Below are positions 1 to 12,902 of a stretch of DNA of 64,000 bases, in pieces. The position numbers and the translations under genes are program-made. Source of the DNA: Squalus acanthias (Eukaryota). The DNA lies in contig CM059432.1 of assembly GCA_030390025.1 (NCBI GenBank), forward strand, positions 104,906,001 to 104,970,000, in the 5' to 3' direction. Position 1 is the first letter of the stretch. Each line of letters begins with the position of its first letter. The notes beneath the pieces were generated by a model that was given only the letters and a program-made list of their open reading frames with translations, searched no databases and was not told the origin of the DNA.

Positions 1-144
1 TGCTAAATGTCAAAATCATAACCACATTTCTGTAATTTGACACTTTGTACTTGAGCTACCCTATGTATACCTCAGATATTTTGAGCAACTCGCTTCCTGA
101 AGTGAGCTTTAAGAACACTTGCGTGACTGTGTGGAATAATTCAG

Positions 145-343
145 TAAAAACAAGAAAATGCTGGAAATACACAGTACGTCAGTCAGTATCTGTACAGAGA
201 AAAGGCAGGTTATTACATTTTTTGACGTGTATCCTTCATTAGTCTGAAGGGTACATGTGTGAAAAGTCATAACCTGTCTTTTCTCTTTACAAATGCTGAC
301 TGGTCTGCTGTTTATTTTCAGCACTTTCTATTTTTATTTCAGA
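145..343. mobile_element. Palindromic element made of two inverted copies of a Penelope-like 3' terminus
   Basis: The left arm (AAAAACAAGAAAATGCTGGAAATACACAG...CCTTCATTAG) is an imperfect reverse complement of the right arm (CTGAAGGG...ATGCTGACTGGTCTGCTG...TTTCAGCACTTTCTATTTTTATT). Both resemble the PLE termini at 17826-17922 and 30586-30682. Confidence 0.7.
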
Positions 344-2254
344 ATGGCAGAGTTTGCAGTTTTTATTCTTTAAGAATAATTCATAGAAGTTGTGCTTAAT
401 TTACAACTCATACAGATTGATTATGCGAAGCTTTATGTGCTGTTTCTCGAACTGTAAAATGCTCCAAAGGGGTTAAGCAGCAGCTGTTTCCCTGCGGTTT
501 GACTGAGGTACCAAAGTGTGTATCTGTTTTTTCCTATATATGACACAGGCTGCCAGTAGTAAGCAGGCGCTGCCACTGCTACATGTATACCCAGATCTAC
601 AAGTAGAACTGGTTGAGTTTTCTTCTTTTTCACACATCTCTTTCTGGTTCTCGGTGATGTACAAGGACTTTGTGTCATCTTTTCTTACCCAAGTTCCTGT
701 GAGCTCATTGACCCACAACCCAAACCTGACTATTAATATTCTGTAGGTCAAAGTGACTGCATGTTGTTGTATCGCAGACTCTTTAATGATGCCTCAGAGG
801 GATACAGGGCAGCTTTTCATGAACCTCGGGTGGATTATTGAGCTGCCAAAATGCATTATCCAAAAAGAAATGCAGGTGTAATAAGTGAACAATGCTGTGA
901 TGTGATGTGATAATCTTACACTCAAAATGTTTTGCATCTCATGCCTTTCAAATAGATTTTTGGATTATCTGCCTCTAGGAGGAATATATTTTTTCTTACA
1001 AGGATGAATGTTAGATTCATTATGTTCTGAGACAGTTTCTGTGACATTGCTTATGTGCTATTCGTATGTTTTTTTTAAAAAAAAAGGGCAAGATTACTGG
1101 TGCATGTTTCTACTCCTGGCTCCTCAAGCTGAAACCGTACCTGGGAACCAACACTTTGAAGATTCAAAGTGGTGCACTACTTTATCGTATGTGTGATTTG
1201 TGTAGAATTTAATTTTAATGTGTCCAAATGTTGATTCACCACAAATATAAGTGCTTCCTTGTTTAAATTGGTAAACGGAGGTGATGATTATCATGGTGGG
1301 GGTGGGATAGTGTTTATCCACACCATGGGTGGGTTTAGTACAAGATAAACCCAACAACTTAACAGATTGTAGATTTGGTTTTAAACAAATTAGAGAGCGC
1401 TTGGGGTTCATTATTCTTATTGGATCAGGAGTTTATTGTACTATAAATTAAAATGTCATCACATTTGAAAAAGGATCAATCAGAATTTGAAAACAGTGTA
1501 CTGTACATTGAAGTGTTAGTGCAATAGCCAGTTACAGCATTTCTAGCTTTTTTCTCATGCAATCTTGTTCTGCTGTATAAAGTTTATCTTTTTAATGTGC
1601 TGTGTTTAATTAAAATTTCAAACTACAAATATCAATCATATTGGCAATGTCCGTACGAAGGAAAAAATTACAGTTATGTTAAAAGGTGTCTTGTTCTTTA
1701 TCCTCCCTTAAAATCTGGATTTTTCAACTCCTTTGTAGGGCTAATTGTTAATTTAATTTCATCAATGGTAATCATGTTGATTGACTGGGGTTTTCTTTCT
1801 GTTTGAACTATTTCAACCTAAGCAGCTCTACATCAGCAAAAGCTTTCACAAAATGTTTTGGATTTAACTGTGATAATCTCTTTCACCATCTTAACATGGA
1901 TTCCCAAGTTGAAAATCTGCCAGAAAAAATGAGATGCCTAGAACCCCATTGAAACCAGAAGACTGCAGATAAGTCTGAATTCTTTGTGCAGTAATTAAAT
2001 AAATTAACCTCAGGTCATGCAGGTTTCCTTTCCTCCCAGCTAGTCATTCTTCTGATGTGAGCTAAATATTTTATTAGTTCCTTTTGAACTGGTACAAATG
2101 AGATACAGAAAAGGGCACTGCTTGTCATTGAATTCATGTTAGTTCTTGTGAGGTGTATGTTAACAAAAAAAAGAAAAATAAATATTTGTCTTTCCAGGCA
2201 TTATTACTTCATATGTAGAGCATGCTGGTAATTTTACAGTAATTGATAATGTAA

Positions 2255-2450
2255 CCTATGGTTCCCAAAGCTCTCTACCACTGGGGTTTTTCCTTGTGTC
2301 ATGTCTGGGTCTGTTGTAAACTAATTGATAATTGATTGCTATGATTAATTAACAACTCCATTATCATTGCATCATGTGACTACCAGGATGGTAGACGGCG
2401 AACTCGATGACTTTGGTCTTTTTTAGTCTAGCAATTCCTATGTTCCTATA
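2255..2450 (+). mobile_element. Old CR1-type LINE 3' end fragment
   Basis: Ends in a CR1-like tail (...GATGACTTTGGTCTTTT...TTCCTATGTTCCTAT). No ORF support. Confidence 0.4.
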
Positions 2451-5400
2451 TTATTGTGCCAAGGAGGCAGCCATTTCATTTTTTTTTTACAAATTGTTGT
2501 TTGCAGTAATTAACTTAAAAGGGCAAAGAATAGTGTTTAGCAAAACACTTCAACCACAGTTCTGCACAAAGGAGGGGGCACGGTGCTGTGATGTGGCCTT
2601 GTCAGGCACTGTAAACTTGTTTAACTCTAAGATATTTAAGAACTGTATTAAAAAAGATTACACTAGCAGTTAGGACATCGGTTGTACCTGTAGTTTGAGC
2701 TACTTGCATCAAGAATGGCAGTTGTGAAACAAAGTTTCCTCATCAGACTGTTCCGGAAATTGTACCGGACCTACCTCGAGCCCCTCCAGTAACCATATTT
2801 TCCCCAAAAAAAAGCCTGACCCATATAATATGAACATCTGGGATTCTGGTTGTATGTGTGCAACAATCAATATTCTATGATGGAAAATGTCTCTTTCTTT
2901 GTGTAATGCTGATTGTGATATACTCCACGGTTACCAGCGCAAACCTTCAAGTGAAATATTTTAAATGTTGCTTTATTTTTACTTTCCAAAAATAGCTACT
3001 AATCTAATGTCTTTTTGTGCATTTTCAACCTTCACATCGTTTACTCTTACTACTCAGTTTGATTCTTACAACCTAGAATGTGTAGAAATTTCAGTGATTT
3101 ACAGAAAATCTTAACATTGGAACTATGAATGAGCATAGATGGTTGAGGCGGTTATGTTTTATCAATGAAGCATGATAGAACTATTTAAACCTAATACATG
3201 CTTTTACTGCAGAATATACTTGTTACTAGGCAACTGCTTCTTCGCAAATTCAGTATTCATTGGAAAGTGTGCATCATGGAGACGGTTGTAAATTCCCACT
3301 TTAAATATGAAAAACGCAGCTGATCATAATTCCAGTTATATCAAAAGCAGATCAAAGTAAGTGATTCAGGTAAATTCAAATTAGGGTACATCACATCATG
3401 TATAGATGGTGGATAAATCTGCAATGATCTTTGTCGCGAATTAATCAATTTTGTCAGCAGACTCACAGAAAACTACCCAAAAGATTACTGTATTTTCCCC
3501 CAAAGAGCTACTCTTTACTAAATGTACTTGTTAATCTCTATTGTATTGCACTATTATATTACAGAATAGGATGATAATGATATACAGGCTGTTTTTAAAT
3601 GTTATCCTCTCTCAGGCTCGGCATCTATGCAACTCTGAGCCTCTGTGTCATGGTCACTAACACTGTCTGAGGATCCAATTAAAATAAGCAAATCTTTTTG
3701 GGAAAGCCAATTTCCAAATGTTGGCAGAGGCTGCAATTTCTGCTTGTCCATGACACTGCATGCAAGCAATTTGGTCACCAGGCTACTACTAGTTCGCATA
3801 TGGTCAGGGTTTTTTTGTTGCCATTAGTAGTGACACTAAGGACACAGAATTGCTGGTTGCCAGAATTCAGGGGAGGCTGAGCACAGTGGAGTGAATGTAA
3901 TTTAGCAGCTTCAGTGTACATTTGGAGGCTCTTTACTCAGAATTTGAATCTATTTGAAGAAATGTACTGCATTAGACCTGTAGTTTAAGATTGGGCTTCA
4001 CTGGGACAATTATCAAGTGTGCCAACCCACTTGCAAGGAGGATACCAAAACCTTTGACAAGTGCCTTCTCTTTCATATGCAGTAAATTGCAAAAGCCTAT
4101 CTGAAATTGAGATTTTGAAACAAACAGTACCAACATAAATTCCAGCAATTAGTTCAGGTGCAACGAAACAATCAATATCATGGGGCGTTATTCCAGAGAA
4201 TGTAACGCGGGAAGCCCTGCTATTCCTCGACTGCCTTGCACTTCTGGAGCTGGAATGGCCCCACATTTGGCTGAGGTCTAGTGTAGGTCTAACTATAGGT
4301 TTTCTCCCATACTGTCCAACATGAGAACAAGTACATTCTTAATCGATTTGTTCTGATTTCTTACATCATTCTCCCCCCCTCCCCCCCAAAAAAAATCATT
4401 AAAAATTGGCAGTTGACTCCTAGCTGTGATTTAGATATTTTTGGATAGATTTCTATTTTATTCACTTAAGTTTCTAAATGGCCTTTGTGACTGTCCCTCA
4501 GTTTGATTCTATTCTATGGCAACTATCATTTTTTAAGTAATGTTTTAAAAATATAAGCTATTGATTATTTCTGGAGCAGTACTTCAAACAAAATGTACAC
4601 TTGACTTTAACGTGCATCAGATTCAATGGTGTTTATAGCCTGTCAACGTGGTCTGTGGCTATAATAACACGAGCACCTATTATCTGCTGAATGGGCTAAT
4701 ACTGTTCTGCAACAAAAGGCCAGGGGATGAGGAATTTGTTTGCATATTTTGAAATTGCAAAGAAAGTTTAGGATTGAAATGGGTAATTACATCTGCAATC
4801 TACTACTGTAGAATTGGGATTTTTGATTTTGTGGAATTTTTCCCTTGTTTAAAAAGAATTTTTCCGGGTTTTTTTCTCCTACTGTAATGCAGTTGGAATT
4901 TTTGTCTATCCTCGAGCCATTTGTTGTATGGTTTACACATGTCAAGGCTGTTGATCTAAGGGATTTCATTTGTTCTTGTGTTTTGCTTCACCCTTAATAT
5001 GCACTTGGGTCTAAAACCTTTCAAAACTGTGGCATTAATCCTGAGAATTTTTTCCCAGCAATGCATGGATCTGAGAGTTTGGCTTGCAAGAAGAAACTAG
5101 GGTATTAGTCAGCTTTACTCAGACATTGCAGATTTTAAAAAGGCCCAGCTGGTGTTTTAACATTCATTTTTTCTTTCCTCAAGCCGTCAGATTTTTGACT
5201 TGCAGCATAGCAGGAATGACTAAATAACCGCAATAATAATTGGAGGTCTGCAGTTCTTTTCTACCATGTGTGGAATTATGTATATTAGGGGCAAATGCTA
5301 GGGTTGGCATTATGAGATGAAAGAAAAATACTCTGCTATGGACTTCTGTCAATCTATTTAGGACTATCCAATTATGCAGTTCAAGAAAATGAAGAGAATC

Positions 5401-5886
5401 ATCTTGAAATGCCAAGTTACTGAAAGCAAATGCTATTTCACTATACTCTACCTGTAAATTGGTTCTGTCACATTCTTGCTCTAAATTTGAAAGAAAATAA
5501 GTCTTGGTGACACACTGAGAAGCCATGCACAGCTGCATGCTCATAACAGCTTTGATAACTCAAACATCTGATTCCAGTAGAATTTTATGGGGGGAGGGGG
5601 AGGTGGGATAGTTGCAAGATGGGATAGGGGACTGAGAATGCAGATGCTTTCTTTGCAAATGTTTTCTTTGATAGGAATCACTTGCTCCATTTCCAGCTGG
5701 AATAATGTGAAGATTTGCTGCCTAGCTGGGTGTTACAGTGTAGTCTGTTTAGGAGACGCCTGTATCTGAGTACAGTCATGATCTGTTTTTATCACGTTTT
5801 TTCCAGTCTTAAGGATTTGGTCATGAGCGGTGCAAGGTGATCGATTTCTCCTAAAGTATTTGAGACAGAGGGGTATGTATAGTTGT

Positions 5887-6354
5887 TAGATTGATTCCTG
5901 GGATGAGAGGGCTGTCCTATGATGAGAGATTGTGTAGAATGGGCCTATACTCTCTGGAGTTTAGAAGAATGAGAGGTGATCTCATTGAAACATACAAGAT
6001 TCTGAAGGGGATTGACAGGGTAGATGCTGAGAGGTTGTTTCCCCTGGCTGGAGTGTCTAGAACTAGGGGGCATAGTCTCAGGATAAGGGTCAGCCATTTA
6101 AGACCTAGATGAGGAGGAATTTCTTCACTCAGAGGTTTGTGAATCTTTGGAATTCTCTGCCCCAGAGGGCTGTGAATGTTGAGTCTTTGAATATATTCAA
6201 GACTGAGACAGATAGATTTTTGGACTCTAGGGGAATCAAGGGATATGGGGATAGGGTGGGAAAGTGGAGTTGAGGTCGATGATCAGCCATGATCTTATTG
6301 AATGGCGGAGCAGGGCCGTATGGCCTGCACCTGCTCTTATTTCTTATGTTCTTA
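5887..6354 (+). mobile_element. CR1 (HER1-like) LINE, 5'-truncated
   Basis: ORF 5891-6112 reads LSYDERL..GLYSLEFRRMRGDLIETYKILKG..SRTRGHSL, the CR1 ORF2 C-terminus. The 3' tail is TTCTTATGTTCTTA. Confidence 0.9.
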
Positions 6355-7379
6355 AAAGTATTTCCTGCAAGTTATCGATTAAGCAAAGATCTGCTGCCAT
6401 CTGATTTGGTTTGTGGATTTGAGCACTTAGAGACTGACTCTCGCCCAGCAAAACAGATGATTATTGTCCTTAATGGTTGCATTTGATTGACATCCACAGT
6501 TGATCTCCCCGAGGGATTTCAAATTATTGTGCAGCTTTTAATATTTGAATCTGATGTTGACTCATTAAAGCTTTTGAGACTGGGTAATTTTCATTGTTTC
6601 GTAAACCTGCAACAATTGCAAAAAGGCAGAAAATCAATTTTTAATATCTTCATAAGCTGAAACCTAAATGTAGGTTTCAATATAAACTCCTTCTAAATGG
6701 TATTTAGATTGCGAATAACCACTGCTAGGATCAAATTAGAAGGCTGCGGCACACTTGATGGGTGACCAGCTTAGGAATATTATCAGAACACACCCAGTGT
6801 GTACAAATGCCCTTGAACGTGCACTCAGGTGTTGGGAGTCCATATCTTCCCTTACGACGGCTATTATCAACACACAAGTTGTGCTGTGAGCATTCTAGAT
6901 ACAACAACAACATACATTTATAGAGCATATTTAACAGCAAAACATCCCAAGGTGATTAACAAGAGCGATATCATTAAAAACATTTTTGACACCGAGCCAC
7001 AGAAGGAGAGATCAGGACAGATGACTAAAAGCTTGGTCAAAGAGGTAGGTTTTAAGGGCCATCAAAGGAGGAGAGAGGTAGAGAGGCAGAGAGGTTTAGG
7101 GAGGGAATTCCAGAGCTTAGGGCCAAGGCAGGTGAAAGCATGGCTGCCAGTGGTAGAGCGATTAAAATCCAGGATGCGCAAGAGGCCAGAATCGGAGGAG
7201 TGCAGAGGTCTGGAGCAGGTTACAGAGATAGGGAGGGGTGAGACCATGGAGGGATTTGAAAACAAGGATGAGGGTGAGGATTTTAAAATTGAGGTGTTGT
7301 CTGACTGGGAGCCAGTGAAAGTCAGCAAGCACAGGGGTAATGGGTGAACGAGACTTGGAACATGTTAAGATATGGGCAG

Positions 7380-7538
7380 CATTTTTCCCGCTAACCCGCA
7401 CAGTCATCTGCAAGGTCCCACGCAGGCTGGTCACCGGCTTTTCAATTGTAGATATCACACACGCACAAAAATGTGAATGGACTGCACACTGGGGGAGGGA
7501 GGCCACGCAGGAGGCAGTGCCGCTTACGGGGGACGGTG
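7380..7538. mobile_element. hAT-type MITE (159 bp)
   Basis: 8-bp TSD ATGGGCAG (7372-7379 and 7539-7546), CA...TG ends and degenerate TIRs. The interior matches 8250-8406 in the opposite orientation. Confidence 0.75.
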
Positions 7539-8249
7539 ATGGGCAGTAGAGTTTTGGCTGAGCGCAAGTTTATGTAGTGTGGAAGGTGTGAGGCTGGCCA
7601 ACAGAGCATTGAGATAATCAAGTCTAGAGGTAACAAAGGTATGGATGAGGGCTTCAGCAGCAGATGAGCTGAGGCAGGGTCCGAGTCGGGCGATGTTACG
7701 GAGGTGGAACTAGGCAGTCTTGGTAATGGAGCAGATACGTGGTCGGAAGCTCATCTTGGGGTCAAACACCAACACCAAGGTCGCGAACAGTCTGGCTCAG
7801 CTTCAGACAGTTGCCAGGGAACGGAGTTTGTGGCAGAGACCAAAGACAATGGCTTTAGTCTTCCCAATATTTAGTTGAAGGCAATTTCTACTCATACAAT
7901 ATTGGATGTCAGACAAGCAGAGACAGTCGAGGGGTCGAGAGGTGGTAGAGAGATTGAGCCAAGTGTCATCGGCGTACATGTGGAACCTGATGTGTTTTCG
8001 GATGATATCAGGGTAGCATGTAGATGAGAAATAGAAAAGGGCCAAGGATAGATCCTTGGGGGACTCCAGAGGTAATAGTGCAGGAGTGGGAGGAGAAACC
8101 ATGGCAAGTGATTCTCTGGGCCTGAAACTTGATTGGAGGGATTCAAACATGGATTTGTGGGTAAGATGGGCATGGATTTGGGAGGCGATACCATGCTTTT
8201 AAGACTTTGGAGATGGAGCGGTAGTTTGCAAAGACAGAGGGGTCAAGAG

Positions 8250-8406
8250 CAATGTTCCTTGTAATTTTTTTTGGCGCCATGCAGCCCCTTTTAAGGGACT
8301 GCACAGGCCATTCAAAATACCACGCATGCGCGGTTTTTGCATCGAAAAGCTGGCTGCGCGGGATGCCTGCAGCACTGTACAGACGCACAGCTTAAAGGGA
8401 ACATCG
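8250..8406. mobile_element. hAT-type MITE (157 bp)
   Basis: 8-bp TSD GTCAAGAG (8242-8249 and 8407-8414). TIRs are CAATGTTCCTTGTAA and, as reverse complement of the right end, CGATGTTCCCTTTAA. Confidence 0.85.
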
Positions 8407-8656
8407 GTCAAGAGTTTTTTTTGAGGAGAGGGGTAATGATGGCAGATTTAAAGGCTGGGGGCAGTACCTGAGGAGAGGGAACCGTTAACAATATCCGCTA
8501 ACATGGGGCCCAGGAAGGGAAGTTGGGTGGTCAACAATTTGGTTGGAATAGGATCTAGGGAGCAGGAGGTGGGTCTCATGGACACAATGAGCTCAGAGAG
8601 AGCATTGCAGGAGATGGGATAGAATCTAAAGAAAGACATGAGTTCAGGGCTATATA

Positions 8657-8916
8657 CAGTAAACTCTTGTTTAAACAGCACTTAATCATCCGGAATACTT
8701 TAATAACCGGCAAAATAGATAACCAGTAATCTTGCCGAATCCATCCAGCACTCGTTTTGCCGAGTCCGAGTCTCCCGCGGAGGCCGAGTTAGTCAGTGGT
8801 TTTTATTTTTGTTTGTTAAAAATTGCCTTGGTAGGTATACCTCTCTGTTATCCAGAATTTTTCATCAACCGGCACCATCCTGGTCTCATAGGTGCCGGAT
8901 ACGAAAGATTTTACTG
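8657..8916. mobile_element. Tc1/mariner-pogo (Tigger-like) MITE
   Basis: TA on both flanks. TIRs are CAGTAAACTCTTGTTTAAACAGCAC and, as reverse complement, CAGTAAAATCTTTCGTATCCGGCAC. Related to 14020-14821. Confidence 0.8.
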
Positions 8917-10280
8917 TATATAATATATATATATCTCAGGAAGAAGTGACTTTCTTTTAATTTCTTTGTGTGAATTGAGACCAGGATTGTAATTGGAGTA
9001 ACTTCGCAGGAAAAGTTAATGGCTGGGGGATGATCTTTACTGAAATATCATTGCATTTCTAGTGCTGCTGTGTGCATTTGATTCCACTGCTGCCTAAGTA
9101 ATAAACTGTCAGGTGACAGTCTATGAATGAGGAACACACAAAACAGAAGTGGTTGAACAGAATGTGTAAAATATTTGCCTGTGAACAGAGAGGAAGAGGA
9201 GTGAGAGCATCATAAATAAAGCAGCTTTTATATTGGTGTTATTTTGGAATTCAGGAGCTGTTTACACTGCTAAAACTGGCTACCAGTGACAGGCTAGCCC
9301 TGTGAGACTGACGCCGGGTAAGGGGAGTCAGATTTAATAGTGTGGGTTCCAGGAATCAGCTCACAAGTGCTGATCTCCTGCAATCGGAATGAAAGCAGCT
9401 TATAAAGTGTAACCTCTTTAGGAAAACAATTGTTTTTAACGGTTTAGCAAATAATTTGTTTTGAGATTTTCTGAAACTTGCTACACCCCACATGTACTCA
9501 CTTTTGGGTAGGTAGGAAGAGGGTCAAATTTTGTTGCAGTCATTTTTCTTTTTTCCTTCCCTCCATTGAACAATCCAGTGTTCAAATCAATAAGACAATC
9601 TGGATGGCAACAGGCCTTTCCTTATGGATTGTTTTCAGGGTAATTTTTTTTAATGAATCGGGAGACCTCATTATCTCAAAAGTTAAAAATTCATTTTGGG
9701 AAATCAGTTTACAGCACATAATTTCTGGTGCAATGTATTGCCACAACTACTGCTGCTAATCCACAAATAGTGCCACCAGAACCCTGGGTGCCATGAATTA
9801 CTTCCCCGCCACAGTTCCCTGTTCTTTATATGATTCTTCACTCAGCCAACTCTACTGTTCACTTCACATAGTCATTGTACATTTCTGTACCGTAAAAATT
9901 ATTTGGACTCTAATCTCAAATTATCTTCTCCAAGATTTCTTAATTTCACTGGAGACTTTGAGGGAAAATTGGAGGGTGTGTTTACCCAGGTTGTTCACTG
10001 ACCATCCAGCAATGAGTTCAGACTTCTTTAGGTAGCCTGGAAGTAGACCACCCATTTTGGTTGAGAAATAGTATGGCGAAAGAACCTGAAGAAGTGGGAG
10101 TAAGGTGACTTACAAATGGCATATTCAAAAAAAAAAATGTCTCCCCGGATGGGGAAGTAAAAGTAATAAATACATTTGTAACCAAGTTATTTTGTCCTCA
10201 TTCATGCTTACTGATCTTAGGTCATTACACAGTTAAAACTATTTATTAAGTAGCAGTTTGTCATCTCTTGTTTTTCTCTG

Positions 10281-10672
10281 TCAGCTTAGTAGCACCTCTT
10301 GCCTAAGTCAGAAGGTTGTAGATTTAAGCCTCACACAAAGACTTTAGCGTGTAATCTAGGCCAACACTTCCAACACAGTGTGGAGGGAGTACTGCATTGT
10401 TGGTGATGCATTCTATCAGATGAGACATACAAGTGAACAGAGAAGATTCCATGGCAGGGTGTTCTTCCGGTTTCCTGGCCAACATTAAACCTTCAAATAA
10501 CATTGCCAAATCAGATTAATTGGTCATTTATCGCAGTGCTTTTTGTTGGACCTTGCTGTGCACAAATCGGCTTTCACGTTAGCCTAAAAAACACTTAAAA
10601 ATTAATTGGCTGTAAAGTTTTAGATTGCGCTGTGTACACTGAAAGCATTTTATAAATGAATGTTCATTCTTT
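10281..10672 (+). mobile_element. Deu-domain SINE (SacSINE1-like), degraded
   Basis: Colinear with the 12199-12664 copy: tRNA-like head, GATGAGAC..AAGATTCCATGGCA, and an L2-like tail TATAAATG. Confidence 0.75.
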
Positions 10673-11764
10673 TCTCGCTTCCTTTTGCTCTTGCCCCTTA
10701 AGCTCTTTCCTGCTCTTTATTACTCTTCTTTGTCTCCACTCTTTCTCCTCTCTCTCAATTTCTCGCCTCCTGAGTGCTCTTGCTCTTTCTGTCTCTTCCC
10801 CCCCCACCCCACCAGATTATTGAGCTATATCTACATACCATTTGGTGGAGAGAAAAAATATTGCATGTTTCAAACAAATCCATTATATATCGTATATATT
10901 TTTCTCTGAGTACACTAAGTACTTAGCGTGGAATGAAAGATATGTTCTGTTTCAATGCAAAGGCATAGCATCTGGAATTATTGTTAACTTATTGCCTGCA
11001 GCCATTTTCACTCTCGTGATATATACACAATATTGATACCACTACATTAGCCTGATATTTTATGATGGAAGTATGTTGAATCATTGCTAACTACTTCAGC
11101 ACTAAATAATCTATTTGGTAAGCAGCCCGCTGTGATGCCTGGTGCAAGCAAAAATCCATATGGCACTTTCTGTAGATGTGTCCTCTTTTGGATGCTGTAA
11201 GATCATCCAGCATCTTTTCTTCTATTTCATTGTAACCACAGTTGCTTTGATTGTACTGTGAAAGTAGTTTCTTTGGTCAAAATACTCGAGCAAGTGCTCC
11301 CACTGTGATGATGTCAGGTTGTTGAATGCCTTGACATTTATTACAGGTTATGTCATCCTACTGGAACTGATTGTGGTGTTTTTCCACACATGTAATTGTC
11401 AGCGATTAGATCTAACAATATAGGTGTTGACATTCCAAGCACCCGGTCATAGAGGGGATAAGTAGTTGCCGCATGGCAATAAGCAGCTTGTAAATGGTCA
11501 GCTCGTAGTATTACTCCTCAATTCCTTTGCTATATGTTTATAATAAAGATCCAAATGGGACCAGTGTTTTGTAATTTTTGCACTAAGTATAATTGGCAAC
11601 TTCAGTAAATGCTCATGGTGAGTTGGGGGATATGGTCCTTTATAATAAATAATAGGGCTGTTACACCATGAAATACACAATGAAACATATAACGCTAATA
11701 CCTAATAAATCAGTTATATAATAACTTCATGTCTTATGGCAGTTCTCAGGGACAAAAATATTAC

Positions 11765-11978
11765 TTAGAATTTTACAGAACAGAAACAGGCTATTCAGCC
11801 CAACAGGCCTATGCCAGTGTTTATGCTCCACACGAGCCTCCTCCCACCTTACTTCATCTCGCCCTATCAACATATCCTTATATTCCTTTCTTACTCATAT
11901 ACTTAGCTAGCTTCTCCTTAAATGCATCTATGCTTTTTGCCTCAGCTACTCGATGTGGTAGCGAGTTCAACATTCTAT
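11765..11978 (-). mobile_element. CR1 3' end fragment
   Basis: ACAGAAACAGGCTATTCAGCCCA...CCTTAAATGCATCTATG...GGTAGCGAGTTCAACATTCT is the reverse complement of a CR1 3' end. Confidence 0.7.
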
Positions 11979-12198
11979 TCTAATCTCTATTCCTGTAACT
12001 CACTCTCTGCTCCTTTCCCATTGTTTCACTCTATGTTGCTGTCTTTCTGTATGCATGTGTTGTGTTCTTTCACTTTCTCTTCCCTCCACCCCCACCATAC
12101 TACATAGTTTTTATTGTGTATTCCTATTCTATTCTACCCTTTCTCTCGCTCTTTTTGTGAATGGTTCCTTCTCTCCATTTCCCTTTTTTCTGTAAGTA

Positions 12199-12664
12199 TC
12201 AGCCAGTGGCTCAGTTGGTAGCACCTTCGCCTCTGTGTCAGAAAGTTGTGGGTTCAAGTCCTACTCCAGAGACTTCAGCACAAAAATCCAGGCTGACACT
12301 CCAGTGCAGTGCTGAGGGAGTGCTGCACTGTCGGAGGTGCCGTCTTTCAGATGAGATGTTAAACCGAGGCCCCGTCTGCTCTCGCAGGTGGACGTAAAAG
12401 ATCCCGTGGCACTATTTCGAAGAAGAGCAGGGGAGTTATCCCCGGTGTCCTGGCCAATATTTATCCCTCAACCAACATCACTAAAAACAGATTATCTGGT
12501 CATTATCACATTGGTGTTTATGGGAGCTTGCTGTGCGCAAATTGGCTGCCGCATTTCCTACATTACAACAGTGACTACACTTCAAAAGTACTTCATTGGC
12601 TGTAAAGCACTTTGGGACATCTGGTGGTTGTGAAAGGTGCTATATAAATGCAAGTCTTTCTTTC
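12199..12664 (+). mobile_element. Full-length tRNA-derived Deu-domain SINE (SacSINE1/AmnSINE1-like)
   Basis: A-box TGGCTCAGTTGG and B-box GGTTCAAGTCC. Deu core GAGGTGCCGTCTTTCAGATGAGATGTTAAACCGAGG...GATCCCGTGGCACTATTTCGAAGAAGAGCAGGGGAG. L2-like tail GCTATATAAATGCAAGTCTTTCTTTC. Confidence 0.9.
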
Positions 12665-12902
12665 TATCTCTGAAGGTGTCTGGTGGTCACGCATGTTCTT
12701 TTGCTTATGCAATGAGCTTTTTATGTTTTATGTCTGGCAAGACCCAGGGTACAAGGCAAGATGGCAGCTATCATGTAGTGGGTAATGTGATCAGGTGAGA
12801 ATAAACTGTGTAATGTGCAGGAGAAGCTAAAACAACGCTGAGTGTTGGGCCTGGTTCTGAAGTGTGGGGATAGAGTGTATTGAGGCAGCATAGGATTCTT
12901 AC

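Larger units (their letters stand above)
6901..8650 (-). mobile_element. L2 LINE, decayed, interrupted by two hAT MITEs
   Basis: Minus-strand fragments SCSLDPIPTKLL, FANYRSIS, FHMYADDT, LQLNIGKT, SPITPVLADFHWLPV and GPKLWNSLP. A (TTG)n-type tail lies at ~6901. Confidence 0.9.

Noticed and set aside
473..880. Host exons (ORFs 473-751 and 516-746; acceptor-like sites at ~548 and ~777)
   Set aside because: No recognisable protein in any frame and no convincing donor sites.
2198..2227. 30-nt micro-exon (TTTCCAG|...CTG|GTAATT)
   Set aside because: The peptide is not recognised and splice-like motifs of this quality are common by chance.
11300..11376. Box C/D snoRNA (GTGATGA...CTGA with CCAC/GTGG)
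   Set aside because: The terminal stem is out of canonical K-turn register and no rRNA guide is recognisable.
12199..12270. tRNA gene
   Set aside because: The A and B boxes belong to a SINE head that continues into the Deu domain. There is no complete cloverleaf.
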